Shown in pieces: positions 47,883-57,514 of a stretch of DNA of 64,000 nucleotides. This DNA is from an uncultured Pseudomonadota bacterium (lineage in GTDB: Bacteria; Pseudomonadota; Gammaproteobacteria; Burkholderiales; SG8-39). Numbering within the stretch: the stretch's first letter is position 1; every line of letters starts with the position of its first letter. Location: assembly GCA_963834845.1 (NCBI GenBank), contig CAWICY010000004.1:2969530-3033529 (forward strand), written 5' to 3'. A program made the position numbers and the translations under genes. The notes below the pieces were generated by a model, which had not been told where the DNA came from, did not search any database, and saw only the letters and a list, made by a program, of their open reading frames with translations.

Positions 47883-49286
47883 ATGTCAACCAAGGAAGCG
47901 TGGGACGAGGGCGGCGAGGAGCCGCGTGTCGAGCAGGCCAAGGGGTGGCGCGAGCTGTACCTGAAGGAGGACTGGTGGGCGATCTGGCTGGGCCTCGGGA
48001 TCGTGGTCGTCGCGTTGCTGTTCTTCGCCGGGGGATCGAGCATCAAATGGATCGCCGTCACGCCGGGCAAGTGGTCGAACTTCGGCCAGCTGTCGTCGCA
48101 CTTCGGCGCGCACATCGGGCAATACGTCGCGCAATTCGTCATGTGGGCGATCGTGCTGGGCATTGCACTGCGCGCCATGGGCTACAAGCTGGGCGAATTC
48201 CTGCCGTCCTTCGTGTTCATTTACGTCGCGTCGATCGTAATCTTCATGATCGGCGCCTGGGACCAGGCATCGCACTACAACCTCGAGCCACCGCTCGTGG
48301 CGCTGATTCTCGGCATGCTGATCTCCAACGTGATCGGACTGCCCAAGTGGATGGATACCGGCTTCCGGGTCGAGTTCTACATCAAGACCGGGATCGTGCT
48401 GCTCGGCGCGACGCTGCCGTTTACGCTCATCGCGGTGGCGGGGCCGATCGCGATCTTCCAGGCCTCGATCGTGTCGCTGGTCACGTTCTTCGTGATCTAC
48501 TTCGCCGGCAAGAAGATGGGCCTGGACCGCAGGCTCGCCGCCACGCTCGGCGTCGGCGGCGCGGTGTGCGGCGTGTCGGGGGCCATCGCCGCCGCGGCCG
48601 CCGTGGGCGCGAAGAAGGAGCACGCGCCGATCGCGATCACCCTGGTGATTGTCTGGGCGATCATCATGATCTTCTTCCTGCCGCTGGTGTCGCGGGCGCT
48701 TTCCCTGCATACCGGCGTGGCCGGCGCATGGATCGGCACCTCCGAGTTCGCTGACGCGGCCGGTTTCGCGGCTGCTCAGGCCTACGGAAACCTCGCCGGC
48801 CAGGTCGCCGGCATCGCGGGCACGTCCGACCAGTCCGTCTGGTCGTTCACGCTGATGAAGGTCGTGGGCCGCGACATCTGGATCGGCATCTGGGCGTTCG
48901 TGCTGGCGATCGTCGCCACGACGCGCTGGGAGCTCAAGGCCGGCCAGAAGCCGAATCCCGCCGAGATCTGGTGGCGCTTCCCGAAATTCGTGATCGGCTT
49001 CGTCCTCGCCTCGGCGATCGTGACGGTGATCGCGAGCGGGTACAGCTACGCCGATTTCGGCAAGATCGTGAACCCGAAGCTGGTGGGCCCGATCAAGGAC
49101 CTGCGCACCTGGGCCTTCATCTTCTGCTTCTTCAGCATCGGGCTGACCACGCGCTTTCGCGAGCTCGCGGCAACCGGATCGAAGCCGTTCTGGGCCTTCA
49201 CCACGGGCGTCGTGGTGAACGTGATTCTCGGCTTCATCCTCTCGACCATGGTGTTCGCGAGCCACTGGTCGACCCTGTCGCGCTGA
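47883..49286 (+). CDS. YeiH/UPF0324-family putative sulfate exporter
   Basis: 467-aa polytopic ORF: ...YIKTGIVLLGATL...GVGGAVCGVSGAIAAAAAVGAKKE... Confidence 0.7.
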   Translation: MSTKEAWDEGGEEPRVEQAKGWRELYLKEDWWAIWLGLGIVVVALLFFAGGSSIKWIAVTPGKWSNFGQLSSHFGAHIGQYVAQFVMWAIVLGIALRAMGYKLGEFLPSFVFIYVASIVIFMIGAWDQASHYNLEPPLVALILGMLISNVIGLPKWMDTGFRVEFYIKTGIVLLGATLPFTLIAVAGPIAIFQASIVSLVTFFVIYFAGKKMGLDRRLAATLGVGGAVCGVSGAIAAAAAVGAKKEHAPIAITLVIVWAIIMIFFLPLVSRALSLHTGVAGAWIGTSEFADAAGFAAAQAYGNLAGQVAGIAGTSDQSVWSFTLMKVVGRDIWIGIWAFVLAIVATTRWELKAGQKPNPAEIWWRFPKFVIGFVLASAIVTVIASGYSYADFGKIVNPKLVGPIKDLRTWAFIFCFFSIGLTTRFRELAATGSKPFWAFTTGVVVNVILGFILSTMVFASHWSTLSR

Positions 49287-49314
49287 ACGCGGAATGCGCG
49301 CAGCTGGACCGCCG

Positions 49315-49527
49315 ATGCCGACGAAGCCGGTAAATCGCTGTCTGCGCTGCGTGCACTTCCGCAACTCGCCGGCCTACCTGGAGTCGGTGTTCAAGGGGCT
49401 TACGGCGCTCAGCTCGGCGCATGCGTCGGTGCGCGGGGACGACGGCATCTGCCTGTTGCGGGACCTGTACCTTTCGGCCGACGCGTGCTGCGAATCGTTC
49501 GAGCGCGAGGAGCGTTATTCTTCCTGA
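49315..49527 (+). CDS. hypothetical Cys-rich small protein
   Basis: Starts at the internal ATG 49315: MPTKPVNRCLRCVHFRNSPAYLESVFKGL...GICLLRDLYLSADACCESFE. No family recognised. Confidence 0.4.
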   Translation: MPTKPVNRCLRCVHFRNSPAYLESVFKGLTALSSAHASVRGDDGICLLRDLYLSADACCESFEREERYSS

Positions 49528-49566
49528 CGCGGTATATTCGCGCGGACTCACACTCGGAGACCGCCG

Positions 49567-50688
49567 ATGTCCGCGAACAAGCAGCCCACCTTCCGCGCCG
49601 AGCACATCGGCAGCTTCCTGCGGCCCGAGCGCATGATGGCCGCGGTGCGCCAGGCGCGCGACGGCAAGCTGACGCAGGAAGCGCTGCACGCGGTGCAGGA
49701 CGAGTGCATCCGCGAACTGGTGACGATGGAGGAGGCGGTGGGCCTGTCGTCGGTGACGGACGGCGAGTTCCGGCGGCGCGGCTGGTCCGCGGGCTTCATC
49801 GACGCGGTCGAGGGCTTCGGGCTGCGCGAGGGCACGCTGCTCGGCTTTCGCGACGAGAAAGGCGACAAGGGCGGTGCCGCCTCGCCCTACGCCAAGGCGC
49901 GGCTCAAGCGCACGCGCGGCATCGCCACCGACGAGTTCCGTTTCCTGAAGAGCGTGGTGAAGACCGGGCTGCCCAAGGTGACCATCCCGTCGCCCGACGT
50001 GATGCACTATTTTCTCGGGCCGCGCAGCGTCGATGAGAAGGTGTATCCGGACATCGAGCAGTACTACGCGGACCTGGTGTCGATCTACGCCGCCGAGATC
50101 AGCGAGCTCGCCGCGCTCGGCTGCAGCTACCTGCAGCTCGACAATACGGCGCTGCCGTGCAACTGCGACCTGCACGCGCGCGCCGACGTCAGCGCTCGCG
50201 GCGAGGACCCCGATGCGCTCACAGCGAGGTACGTGAAGCTGGTGAATGACGTGCTCGCGGCCTGCCCGCCCGGCATGGCCAGGGCCACGCACATGTGCCG
50301 CGGCAACCTCAAGGGCGCGTGGATGGCCGAAGGCGGCTATGAGCCGATCGCCGAGAAGGTGTTCGGCGGCATCGACGTCGACGCGTTCTTCCTGGAGTTC
50401 GATACGCCGCGCGCCGGCGATTTCCGCCCCTTGCGCTTCGTGCCGGCACCGAAGAGGGTGGTGCTCGGGCTGATCAGCACCAAGACGCCGCAGCTCGAGT
50501 CGGCCGACGAGCTCAAGCGGCGCATCGCCGAAGCCTCGAAGTTCGTGCCGCTCGAGCGGCTCGGGCTGTCGCCGCAGTGCGGCTTCAGCTCCGCGCCCGG
50601 CGCAGGCCAGCCGCTCACGGCGGACGACCAGAAGCGCAAGCTCGAGCTGCTGGTCAAGGTCGCGCGCGAGGTCTGGGGCGGCGCCTGA
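49567..50688 (+). CDS. cobalamin-independent methionine synthase (MetE C-terminal domain-like) family protein
   Basis: 373-aa ORF: FRAEHIGSFLRP...VTDGEFRR..W...LQLDN......HMCRGN...LSPQCGFSS. Confidence 0.8.
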   Translation: MSANKQPTFRAEHIGSFLRPERMMAAVRQARDGKLTQEALHAVQDECIRELVTMEEAVGLSSVTDGEFRRRGWSAGFIDAVEGFGLREGTLLGFRDEKGDKGGAASPYAKARLKRTRGIATDEFRFLKSVVKTGLPKVTIPSPDVMHYFLGPRSVDEKVYPDIEQYYADLVSIYAAEISELAALGCSYLQLDNTALPCNCDLHARADVSARGEDPDALTARYVKLVNDVLAACPPGMARATHMCRGNLKGAWMAEGGYEPIAEKVFGGIDVDAFFLEFDTPRAGDFRPLRFVPAPKRVVLGLISTKTPQLESADELKRRIAEASKFVPLERLGLSPQCGFSSAPGAGQPLTADDQKRKLELLVKVAREVWGGA

Positions 50689-50697
50689 GGCCGCCCG

Positions 50698-51612
50698 TCA
50701 GCGCGCGAGCGTCACGATCACCAGCCCCAGCGTGAGCAGGGCGATGCCGCCGAGCTCCAGCCGGCTGAGGCGCTCGCGGAACACGCGCCGCGACACCACG
50801 TAGCTGAACAGCAGCTCGATCAGCCCGAGCGTGCGCACGTGCGCCACGGGCTCGATCGCCATCGCCGTGAACCAGCCCGCGGACGCGGCGGCACCCATGA
50901 AGCCGGCGAACAACGACGCGCGCCAGGCGCGCAACACGCGCAGCACCGCGTCGAAGTCGCGCGCCACGAGCCAGCCGCCGAGCAGGATGGTCTGCACCAG
51001 CTGCGCGGCGGCGAGCGTGTAGGCTCCGGCCATCAGGAACTCGGCATGCAGCGCGAGCGTCGCCCCGCGATAGCCGACCGCGGCGAGTGCGAATCCCGCG
51101 CCCGACGCGAGGCCGAGCAGCGCCGTGTGCGAGGTCCAGCCGGTGAGCATGGTGCGAAAGGGACGCGCCTTGTCGGCGGGCGAGAGCAGCAGCACGCCGA
51201 GCGTGCCGCAGGCGATCGCGACCGCCGCCAGCGGTCCGATCGTGTCGCCGAGGAACACCAGCGCGAACAGCGCCACCTGGATGATCTCGGTCTTCGAGTA
51301 AGCGACGCCGAGCGCGAAGTTGCGCTCGGCCATCACGCGCAGCAGCAGCGCCGTGGCGACGATCTGGCTGACGCTCGCCAGCACCACCCAGAGCGCGAAG
51401 GCAAGGCCCGGGTCGGGCAGCGCGTAGCCGCCGACATGGCGCACGCCCCACAGCCAGGCGGCGGCGAACGGCAGGCCGTACAGGAACCGTACCAGCGTCG
51501 CACCGAGCGTGCCGAGCTCGGCGGTGAGGTGGCGCTGCGCGGCGTTGCGCAGCGTCTGCGCGAACGCCGCCCAGACGGTGATCGGAATCCAAAGCCACGC
51601 GGCGGGCGCCAC
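50698..51612 (-). CDS. DMT-superfamily (EamA-like) transporter
   Basis: 304-aa ORF with ten hydrophobic segments. GTG start directly after the upstream stop. Confidence 0.75.
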   Translation of the reverse strand: MAPAAWLWIPITVWAAFAQTLRNAAQRHLTAELGTLGATLVRFLYGLPFAAAWLWGVRHVGGYALPDPGLAFALWVVLASVSQIVATALLLRVMAERNFALGVAYSKTEIIQVALFALVFLGDTIGPLAAVAIACGTLGVLLLSPADKARPFRTMLTGWTSHTALLGLASGAGFALAAVGYRGATLALHAEFLMAGAYTLAAAQLVQTILLGGWLVARDFDAVLRVLRAWRASLFAGFMGAAASAGWFTAMAIEPVAHVRTLGLIELLFSYVVSRRVFRERLSRLELGGIALLTLGLVIVTLAR

Positions 51613-51978
51613 TCAGCCGCCGCCGGCCCTTTGCACCTTCTTCAGCACGTGGCGCCGGTTGCGCGTGTAGGGGCGTACCTGCGCCGGCCAGCGTCCGGAG
51701 TCGACGGCCGCGGCCCACGCGGGGCCGGTGAGCACGTCGGCGCTCTCCAGCTCGTAGATGGCGCTGTAGCGCGGCTCGCCCTCTGCGACGATGGTCTTCT
51801 TCTCGCCGCCCATCACCATCTCGAGCGGCGCGGTGGTGGCGCGCGTCACCGCGAGCACGCCGGGAACCTTCAGCAGCAGCGGCACGTGCTCGGTGTCGTA
51901 GACCTCGTTGAACAAGGCTTCCTTCTCCGGCGCCACGTCCATGCTGGCGATGAACACGTAACGGGTCTTCGGATGCAT
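51613..51978 (-). CDS. small alpha/beta-barrel (EthD/DUF4286-like) protein
   Basis: Starts at the internal ATG 51978 (GGAGG RBS): MHPKTRYVFIASMDVAPEKEALFNEVYDTEHVPLLLKVPGVL. The family assignment is weak. Confidence 0.55.
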   Translation of the reverse strand: MHPKTRYVFIASMDVAPEKEALFNEVYDTEHVPLLLKVPGVLAVTRATTAPLEMVMGGEKKTIVAEGEPRYSAIYELESADVLTGPAWAAAVDSGRWPAQVRPYTRNRRHVLKKVQRAGGG

Positions 51979-52242
51979 GTGTTCCTCCCGCGCGCATCGT
52001 AACCGAAGGCGGCGCGTCGGGCTGCGGCTACAGCGAAAGTGCTTTTCCTTCAGCGACTCGCGCTCGACGCGCGCGCAGGCGTCGCCCGCCTGCGACGTCA
52101 GGCATGCGCGCGCAAGGGTCTTTGCGCCTCGTAACTGCCTGAAGAACAAGGAACCGGCGTTCTGGCACGGCGATTGCAGCTCATCCGGCCTGCGGGGGCC
52201 GGAAGGTCCCCGCGCCGTTTCAACTCGTGAAAGGAGCAGTGC

Positions 52243-52701
52243 ATGAAACGCTCAGCTTTGTTTGCCCTGTTGTGCCTGTACGCGGCTGCCGGCCAGGCCG
52301 CGCCGCAAAACGCGCGCTTCCTCAAGCTCGACACGAACCGCGACGGCTACCTGTCGCAGGCCGAGACGAGCGGCATCCGCGGGTACGCGCCGGCGTTCGC
52401 GCAAGCCGACGCCAACCACGACGGCAAGCTTGATCCCGACGAATTCATCAAAGCGGAGTCGCTGCACGACCGCATGATGGCGGGCAACTACGTCGACGAC
52501 AGCGTCATCACCGCGAAGGTCAAGGCCGAACTGCTGAAGAGCGTCGGCGCGAAGTCCCTCGACGTCGACGTAGAGACCGACGGCGGGCGCGTGCTGCTCT
52601 CCGGCTTCGTCGACAGCGACGTGCAGCGCCACAAGATCGTGCAGGTTGCCTCGGCGGTGTCCGGCGTGGTCGGCGTCAAGGACGGGCTGACGCTGCGCTA
52701 G
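52243..52701 (+). CDS. periplasmic protein with EF-hand-like loops and a BON domain
   Basis: 152-aa ORF: signal peptide, DTNRDGYLSQAE and DANHDGKLDPDEF loops, then a BON-like ITAKVKAELLKS...VETDGGRVLLSGFVDS. Confidence 0.75.
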   Translation: MKRSALFALLCLYAAAGQAAPQNARFLKLDTNRDGYLSQAETSGIRGYAPAFAQADANHDGKLDPDEFIKAESLHDRMMAGNYVDDSVITAKVKAELLKSVGAKSLDVDVETDGGRVLLSGFVDSDVQRHKIVQVASAVSGVVGVKDGLTLR

Positions 52702-54064
52702 CGGTCGCGGCTGCCCCGGTCAGGCGCGTCGCGACGACCCGCGTCCGGCGCGTCACGGGGTGCCGCGGTGCGCGGCTCACCCGTTGACCGCGATTCTCGC
52801 TGCGCGGGCGGCGCGCCGCGGCCCTGCGATTCGGGCCTGGAATGCGGCTGGCTTCGTTCGCCGCTCGGCGTTGAGCGCTGCTGCGTCTGAGGCATAGGCC
52901 GCTGCTGGGACTTAGGCGCAGGCCGCGGCTGCGTCTGGGCGCAGGCCGCTGCTGCGTTTGAGGCGCAGGCTGCTGCTGCGTCTGAGGCGCAGGCTGCTGC
53001 TGCGTCTGAGGCGCAGGCCGCTGCTGCGTCTGAGGCGCAGGCCGCTGCCGGAACTGCGGCGCCGGCTGGTGCTGGGGCGTTGCGCGCTGCTGTGGCGCAT
53101 CCCGACGCGGTTCGAACGTCCTTGGCTGAGGCCGTCCCGGTTGGGGCTCGTATCGCGGCGGCTCGGTGCGCCGCGGCTCCGTGCGCCGCGGCGCGGCGCG
53201 CGTGACGGGTTGCGGATAGCGCTCCCTGAGCTCCTCGTGGCGATAGTCGACGCCGCGGCGGTGCCGAACGTCGTGGCGCCACTGCAGGGGCACGTTGTGC
53301 GAGACCCGCGGACGATAGTAATAGTTGGTGACGTAGACGGTGTCGACGTGGCGCCGGTGCCAGTCGAAGGCGCCGAAGAAGAATCCCGTCGACAGCGAGA
53401 TGCCGCTGCCCCAGTAGATGCCGACCGAGACGCCCGGCCGCACCGCATAGCCGGGCCACGGCGCCCAGTACACCGGCGGATATCCCGGCCACCACCATGT
53501 GCCGTACACCACCCAGGGATCGTAGTAGGGCACGTACACGACGCGCGGATCGGCCGGCTGGACGACGAGCTGGTTGTCCTCCTGCGCCACCAGAACGTCG
53601 GCGTTGGACTCGAGGTTGCCGGCGGCGTAGGCGCGCCGGCGCAGCGCCTGCACCGTTTCGAGCACGTACGGCTCCTGCGCGAGGAACGCCTCGCCGAGCT
53701 GCTCGGTCCAGTCGATCCTTTCGTCCATCATGGCGAGCACGCGCGGAAACGCGACCAGCGACTTGACGCTCGGGTCCCAGTCCTCGTTCACGACCGCGCG
53801 CACCGCATCGTCGCCCTGCAGTTGGGGATACGCCCTCGACCAGCGCGCCGCCCTCACCACCTCGAGCGGGTAGGTCGACGCCATGAGGATTTGCGTCAGG
53901 AGCGGATCGGGATACAGCGCGATCGGCGCCAGCATCTGGTCGAGCTCCTGCTGGCTGTAGAAGCGCTCGGGCGCAGCGGGCTGCGGGGTCTGCGCCTGCG
54001 CCACTGACAACGCACAGGTGGCCAGAACCGATCCAATCAACCAGCTTTTGATCGTCCTCAACAT
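52698..54064 (-). CDS. DUF3300-domain secreted protein with a Pro/Gln/Arg-rich repeat tail; 1-nt deletion inside the repeat (about 52938)
   Basis: ATG 54064 (or 54070): MLRTIKSWLIGSVLATCALSVAQA...LDQMLAPIALYPDPLLTQILMASTYPLEVV... The repeat QRPAPQTQ occurs x4-5, then the frame changes to that of ORF 52698..53498 (...QTQPRPAPKSQQRPMPQTQQR...). Confidence 0.75.
52877..53043. repeat. seven tandem 24-nt units (GCTGCTGCGTCTGAGGCGCAGGCC-like) encoding (Q/R)PAPQTQQ
   Basis: Units begin at 52877, 52901, 52925, 52948, 52972, 52996 and 53020. The third unit is 23 nt, which is the frameshift site. Confidence 0.85.
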
Positions 54065-54236
54065 CGGCATCTCCTTTGCAACACGACCATTTGACCGTGT
54101 TCGATCTCGCGCAGGTTTGACAAATCGCAACCAGATGTAAAACGCGCGTGGATACAATTTGTTACTACCTCTGCGGCGAACTTGGGGCAGAGTGGAAGTG
54201 TCGAAACCTGAAGGGTTATTGCCAACGGAGGCAAAG

Positions 54237-54680
54237 ATGAAGACGGCAAGAGCATTGCTGGCGATTGCCGGGCTCGTCGCGTTGTCGCTTGCCGCGAGTG
54301 TGCCCGCGCAGGCGCGAAGCGGCGGACATGGCGGCTACAGCGGCGGACATGGCGGCCACAGCGGCGGACATGGCGGCTACTATGGCGGGGGCCATGGCGG
54401 CCACTACCACGGATATTCGGGCAGCTACGGATTCTATTTCGGCTGGCCGTTCTACAGCTCCTGGTATTACCCGCCGTATTACTACCCGTCCTACCCCTAC
54501 TACCCGCAAGCGGTGATTCCGAGTTCGCCGCCCGTGTACGTGGAGCGCGGTGACGAGCAGGCCGCGCCGCAGGCGCAGAGCTGGTGGTACTACTGCACCG
54601 AATCGAAGACCTATTACCCATACGTGAAGCAATGTCCCGGCGGCTGGCAGAAGGTCGCGCCGCAGCCGCCCGCGCAATGA
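54237..54680 (+). CDS. secreted Gly/His/Tyr-rich low-complexity protein with a C-terminal WWYYC...YYPYV..CPGGW motif
   Basis: Starts at the internal ATG 54237 of ORF 54159..54680: signal peptide MKTARALLAIAGLVALSLAASVPAQA, then SGGHGGY repeats. Confidence 0.7.
   Translation: MKTARALLAIAGLVALSLAASVPAQARSGGHGGYSGGHGGHSGGHGGYYGGGHGGHYHGYSGSYGFYFGWPFYSSWYYPPYYYPSYPYYPQAVIPSSPPVYVERGDEQAAPQAQSWWYYCTESKTYYPYVKQCPGGWQKVAPQPPAQ
54318..54380. repeat. three tandem 21-nt units (AGCGGCGGACATGGCGGC[T/C]AC) encoding SGGHGG(Y/H)
   Basis: Direct reading. Units begin at 54318, 54339 and 54360, followed by a degenerate copy. Confidence 0.85.
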
Positions 54681-54697
54681 GAGCAAGGAGCCGGGCC

Positions 54698-55201
54698 ATG
54701 AAATCCGCACTGCGGCTCGCGCCGCTCGCAGCGGCGCTGCTGTTGCTCGGCGCCTGCACCGTGATGCCTGCCGGCCCGAGCATCATGGTGCTGCCGGGCA
54801 CCGGCATGAGCTTCGACCAGTTTCGTCTCGATGACTACGAGTGCCGGCAGTACGCCAACGCGCAGATTGGCGGAGCGACCGCGCAGCAGTCGGCCACGCA
54901 GAGCGGCGTGACCAGCGCAGCGGTCGGCACGCTGGTCGGCGCGGCGGCCGGTGCGGCGATCGGCGGCAGTGAAGGCGCCGCGGTGGGAGCGGGCACGGGC
55001 CTGGCGGCGGGCGCGCTCGCCGGCACGGGTACTGCACAGCAGTCCGGCTACGATCTGCAATGGCGCTACGACATGGGCTATTCGCAGTGCATGTACGCGA
55101 AGGGGCACCGCGTGCCGGTGGCAGGAGGTTTCGAGTCCAGCACCGCACAGCCCAGCTACGCTGCGCCGCCCCCGCCGCCGCCACCCCCGCCGCCTCGCTG
55201 A
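54698..55201 (+). CDS. glycine-zipper lipoprotein with a poly-Pro tail
   Basis: Starts at the internal ATG 54698: MKSALRLAPLAAALLLLGAC (lipobox), VGTLVGAAAGAAIGGSEGAAVGAGTGLAAGALAGTG, ends APPPPPPPPPPR. Confidence 0.7.
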   Translation: MKSALRLAPLAAALLLLGACTVMPAGPSIMVLPGTGMSFDQFRLDDYECRQYANAQIGGATAQQSATQSGVTSAAVGTLVGAAAGAAIGGSEGAAVGAGTGLAAGALAGTGTAQQSGYDLQWRYDMGYSQCMYAKGHRVPVAGGFESSTAQPSYAAPPPPPPPPPPR

Positions 55202-55213
55202 GGCGCGCGCCGC

Positions 55214-55975
55214 TCAGGCCTGGATCGAATAGCCGCCGTCCACCGGGATCGCGGTGCCGGTGATGAAATCGGAGGCCGACGCGGCGAGAAACACCGCAAT
55301 CCCGCGGAAGTCGTCCATCGCACCCCAGCGCCCGGCAGGCGTGCGCCTGAGCACGCTGTCGTGCAGCCCCGGGATCTGCTCGCGCGCCTTCGCCGTGAGC
55401 TCGGTGTCGATCCAGCCCGGCAGGATGGCGTTGACCTGGATGTTGTCCTTCGCCCAGGCCGAGGCGCAAGCCCGGGTGAACTGCACGATGCCGCCCTTGC
55501 TCGCCGCGTAGGCGGGCGCGAAGCCGGCGCCGAAGATCGAAAGCATCGAGCCGATGTTGATCACCTTGCCGCCGCCGGCGTGCTTCAGCTGCGGATATGC
55601 GGCGTGCGAGCACAGGTACGCGCTGGTCAGATTGGTGTCGATCACGCGGCGCCATTCCTCGAGGGACACCTCGTGCGGCGGTTTCCTGATGTTGATGCCG
55701 GCGTTGTTGACCAGGATGTGCAGGCCGCCGCAGCGCTCGACGGTGCTGCGCACCAGCGCCTCGACCGAGCGCTCTTCGGTGACGTCGACCTCGATCGCGA
55801 GCGCGCTGCCGGCGCCGAGCGCGGCGAGCTGCTTCACGGCGGCGGCCGATTTCTCCTTATTGCGCGCGGCGACGACCACGCGCGCGCCCGCCGCCGCCAG
55901 TCCGCGCGCCATGCCCAGCCCGATGCCGCCGTTGCCGCCGGTGACGATCGCCACTTTTCCGCTCAGGTCGAACAT
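55214..55975 (-). CDS. SDR-family oxidoreductase
   Basis: 253-aa ORF: VAIVTGGNGGIGLG...NNAGI...YAASKGG. Confidence 0.85.
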   Translation of the reverse strand: MFDLSGKVAIVTGGNGGIGLGMARGLAAAGARVVVAARNKEKSAAAVKQLAALGAGSALAIEVDVTEERSVEALVRSTVERCGGLHILVNNAGINIRKPPHEVSLEEWRRVIDTNLTSAYLCSHAAYPQLKHAGGGKVINIGSMLSIFGAGFAPAYAASKGGIVQFTRACASAWAKDNIQVNAILPGWIDTELTAKAREQIPGLHDSVLRRTPAGRWGAMDDFRGIAVFLAASASDFITGTAIPVDGGYSIQA

Positions 55976-55985
55976 GCCCGCTCCG

Positions 55986-56591
55986 TCAGCGCTGCGGCGC
56001 GTGCTCGGCGCAGAACGAGGCCAGCTTGCCGAGCAGGCGCGCCAGCGCCCGGTTGGCGGCGGTGACGCCGCCGTAGGGATCGTCGCTCGACGCGGGCTCG
56101 AGCTCGTCGAACTCGCGCGCCGCGAGCACGCGCCGGTTGCGCAGGTCGACGAGCTGGGCGCGCAGCGTGAGCTCGATGCGGCTCGGCTGCACGGCGAAGT
56201 CCTGCTGCAGGCGCACCAGCTCGGTGTCCAGCCGCAGGTCAGCGGCCGCCGGGCTGCGCCCGCGCACCACGGCGCGAAAGCCTCCGGCCTGCTCGACGGC
56301 CTGCACGATGAGCGGCGCCAGCATTTGCGCGGGCGCGTCGGCCCAGCGATTCCTGGCGAAATGCTCGAGCTCGTTCGGCCTCCGGCTGTAGGCCATTGCG
56401 GACGTGTCGAAGCCGGGGCGCGCGTGCGTCTCGCCCACCGCCAGCACGAGGTCGCGGCGCGCCGGCTGCGCGGCGGCGGCAGGCTGCGCGTCGAGCAGGA
56501 AGGTGTTCTGGCTTGCGGGCTCGGGCAGCTTGAGCGCGGTGCAGGCCGAGAGCAGCGCGGCGGTGGCGAGCAATGCGGGCGTGAGTCTCAT
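55986..56591 (-). CDS. ABC-transport auxiliary lipoprotein (DUF330/PqiC-like)
   Basis: 201-aa ORF with the lipobox LLSAC. It directly follows the MCE gene with a 4-nt overlap. Confidence 0.7.
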   Translation of the reverse strand: MRLTPALLATAALLSACTALKLPEPASQNTFLLDAQPAAAAQPARRDLVLAVGETHARPGFDTSAMAYSRRPNELEHFARNRWADAPAQMLAPLIVQAVEQAGGFRAVVRGRSPAAADLRLDTELVRLQQDFAVQPSRIELTLRAQLVDLRNRRVLAAREFDELEPASSDDPYGGVTAANRALARLLGKLASFCAEHAPQR

Positions 56592-57514
56592 TCTCCGGGT
56601 CCCGGTTTGGCGGCGGGCCTGCCTTGCACCAGCAGGGCAGGATTTTCCTCCAGCTCGGCGCTGACGCGGGAGAGCGAGGCGCTCAGCTCGCGCAGCTCGA
56701 TGATCAGCGCGCGCGCCTCGGGCAGCGTCTCGCCGGTGACGCGGTGCACGTCGGTGCCCGCGGCGCGCACCGTGCCGGCCACATCCTCGCTGGCGCGGCT
56801 GACCTTGTCCGACATGCGGTCGAACCGGTCGGCGCTTTGTTCGACGCGCTTGGCGAGCCCGGACAGCTCGGCGCTCGCGCGGGCAAGGTTTTGCATTGCA
56901 ACTTCGGTGTTCGCAAGGCTGGCGTCGATTGCCTGCGAGCGCTGCGCCAGCGTGCGCGTCACGACCTCGAGGTTGCCGAGCGTCTGTGCGAGCGCCTTGC
57001 GGTTGTCCGTGTCGAGGACCGCGTTGAAGTTCTCGCTCGAGCGGTTGAGGTTTTGCAGCAGCTCGGTGATCGCGGTGTCCAGGCGCGTCAGCAGCGACGG
57101 CGCCGAGGGGATCACCGCGTACCTCTCACCCGCCTCGGCCACGAGCGGTGGCGAGCCGGGGCTGCCGCCGGAGAGCTCGACGTGCGCGATGCCGGTCAGC
57201 CCCTGGGTGCGCAGCGCCGCCACCGTGTCCTGCTTGATCGGCGTGCCGTGCTCCAGGTCGAGCGTCAGGCGCACCTGCTCGCCGTTGTCCTCGGCGAGCG
57301 CGATGGTCTTCACGCGGCCCACCTGCACGCCGCGGTACCTCACCGGCGCGTCCAGGCTGAGGCCGGACACCGATTCGGTCATGTAGACGACGTAGGTATC
57401 GTAGCTCTTGCGATAGGACTTGCCGCTGCTCAGCCACAGCACGCCGCCGATCAGCGCCGCGCCGAGCAGCAGCACGAAGGCGCCGACGATGGCGAAGCTT
57501 ACTTTCGATTCCAT
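56588..57514 (-). CDS. MlaD/MCE-family substrate-binding protein
   Basis: 308-aa ORF: N-terminal TM helix, MCE domain (..GLSLDAPVRYRGVQVGRV..), long helical tail. Confidence 0.85.
   Translation of the reverse strand: MESKVSFAIVGAFVLLLGAALIGGVLWLSSGKSYRKSYDTYVVYMTESVSGLSLDAPVRYRGVQVGRVKTIALAEDNGEQVRLTLDLEHGTPIKQDTVAALRTQGLTGIAHVELSGGSPGSPPLVAEAGERYAVIPSAPSLLTRLDTAITELLQNLNRSSENFNAVLDTDNRKALAQTLGNLEVVTRTLAQRSQAIDASLANTEVAMQNLARASAELSGLAKRVEQSADRFDRMSDKVSRASEDVAGTVRAAGTDVHRVTGETLPEARALIIELRELSASLSRVSAELEENPALLVQGRPAAKPGPGE

Noticed and set aside
49528-49566. Cobalamin, SAM or SAH riboswitch upstream of the MetE-like gene, and a SAM riboswitch upstream of the SAM-synthetase operon
   Set aside because: The leaders are too short (about 40 nt before 49567). 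No B12-box or SAM-riboswitch core sequences are visible.
52877-53043. Regularly spaced 24-nt repeats considered as a CRISPR-like array
   Set aside because: The units are directly tandem with no spacers. They are in-frame coding repeats (PAPQTQQ) of the DUF3300 gene. No cas genes are present.
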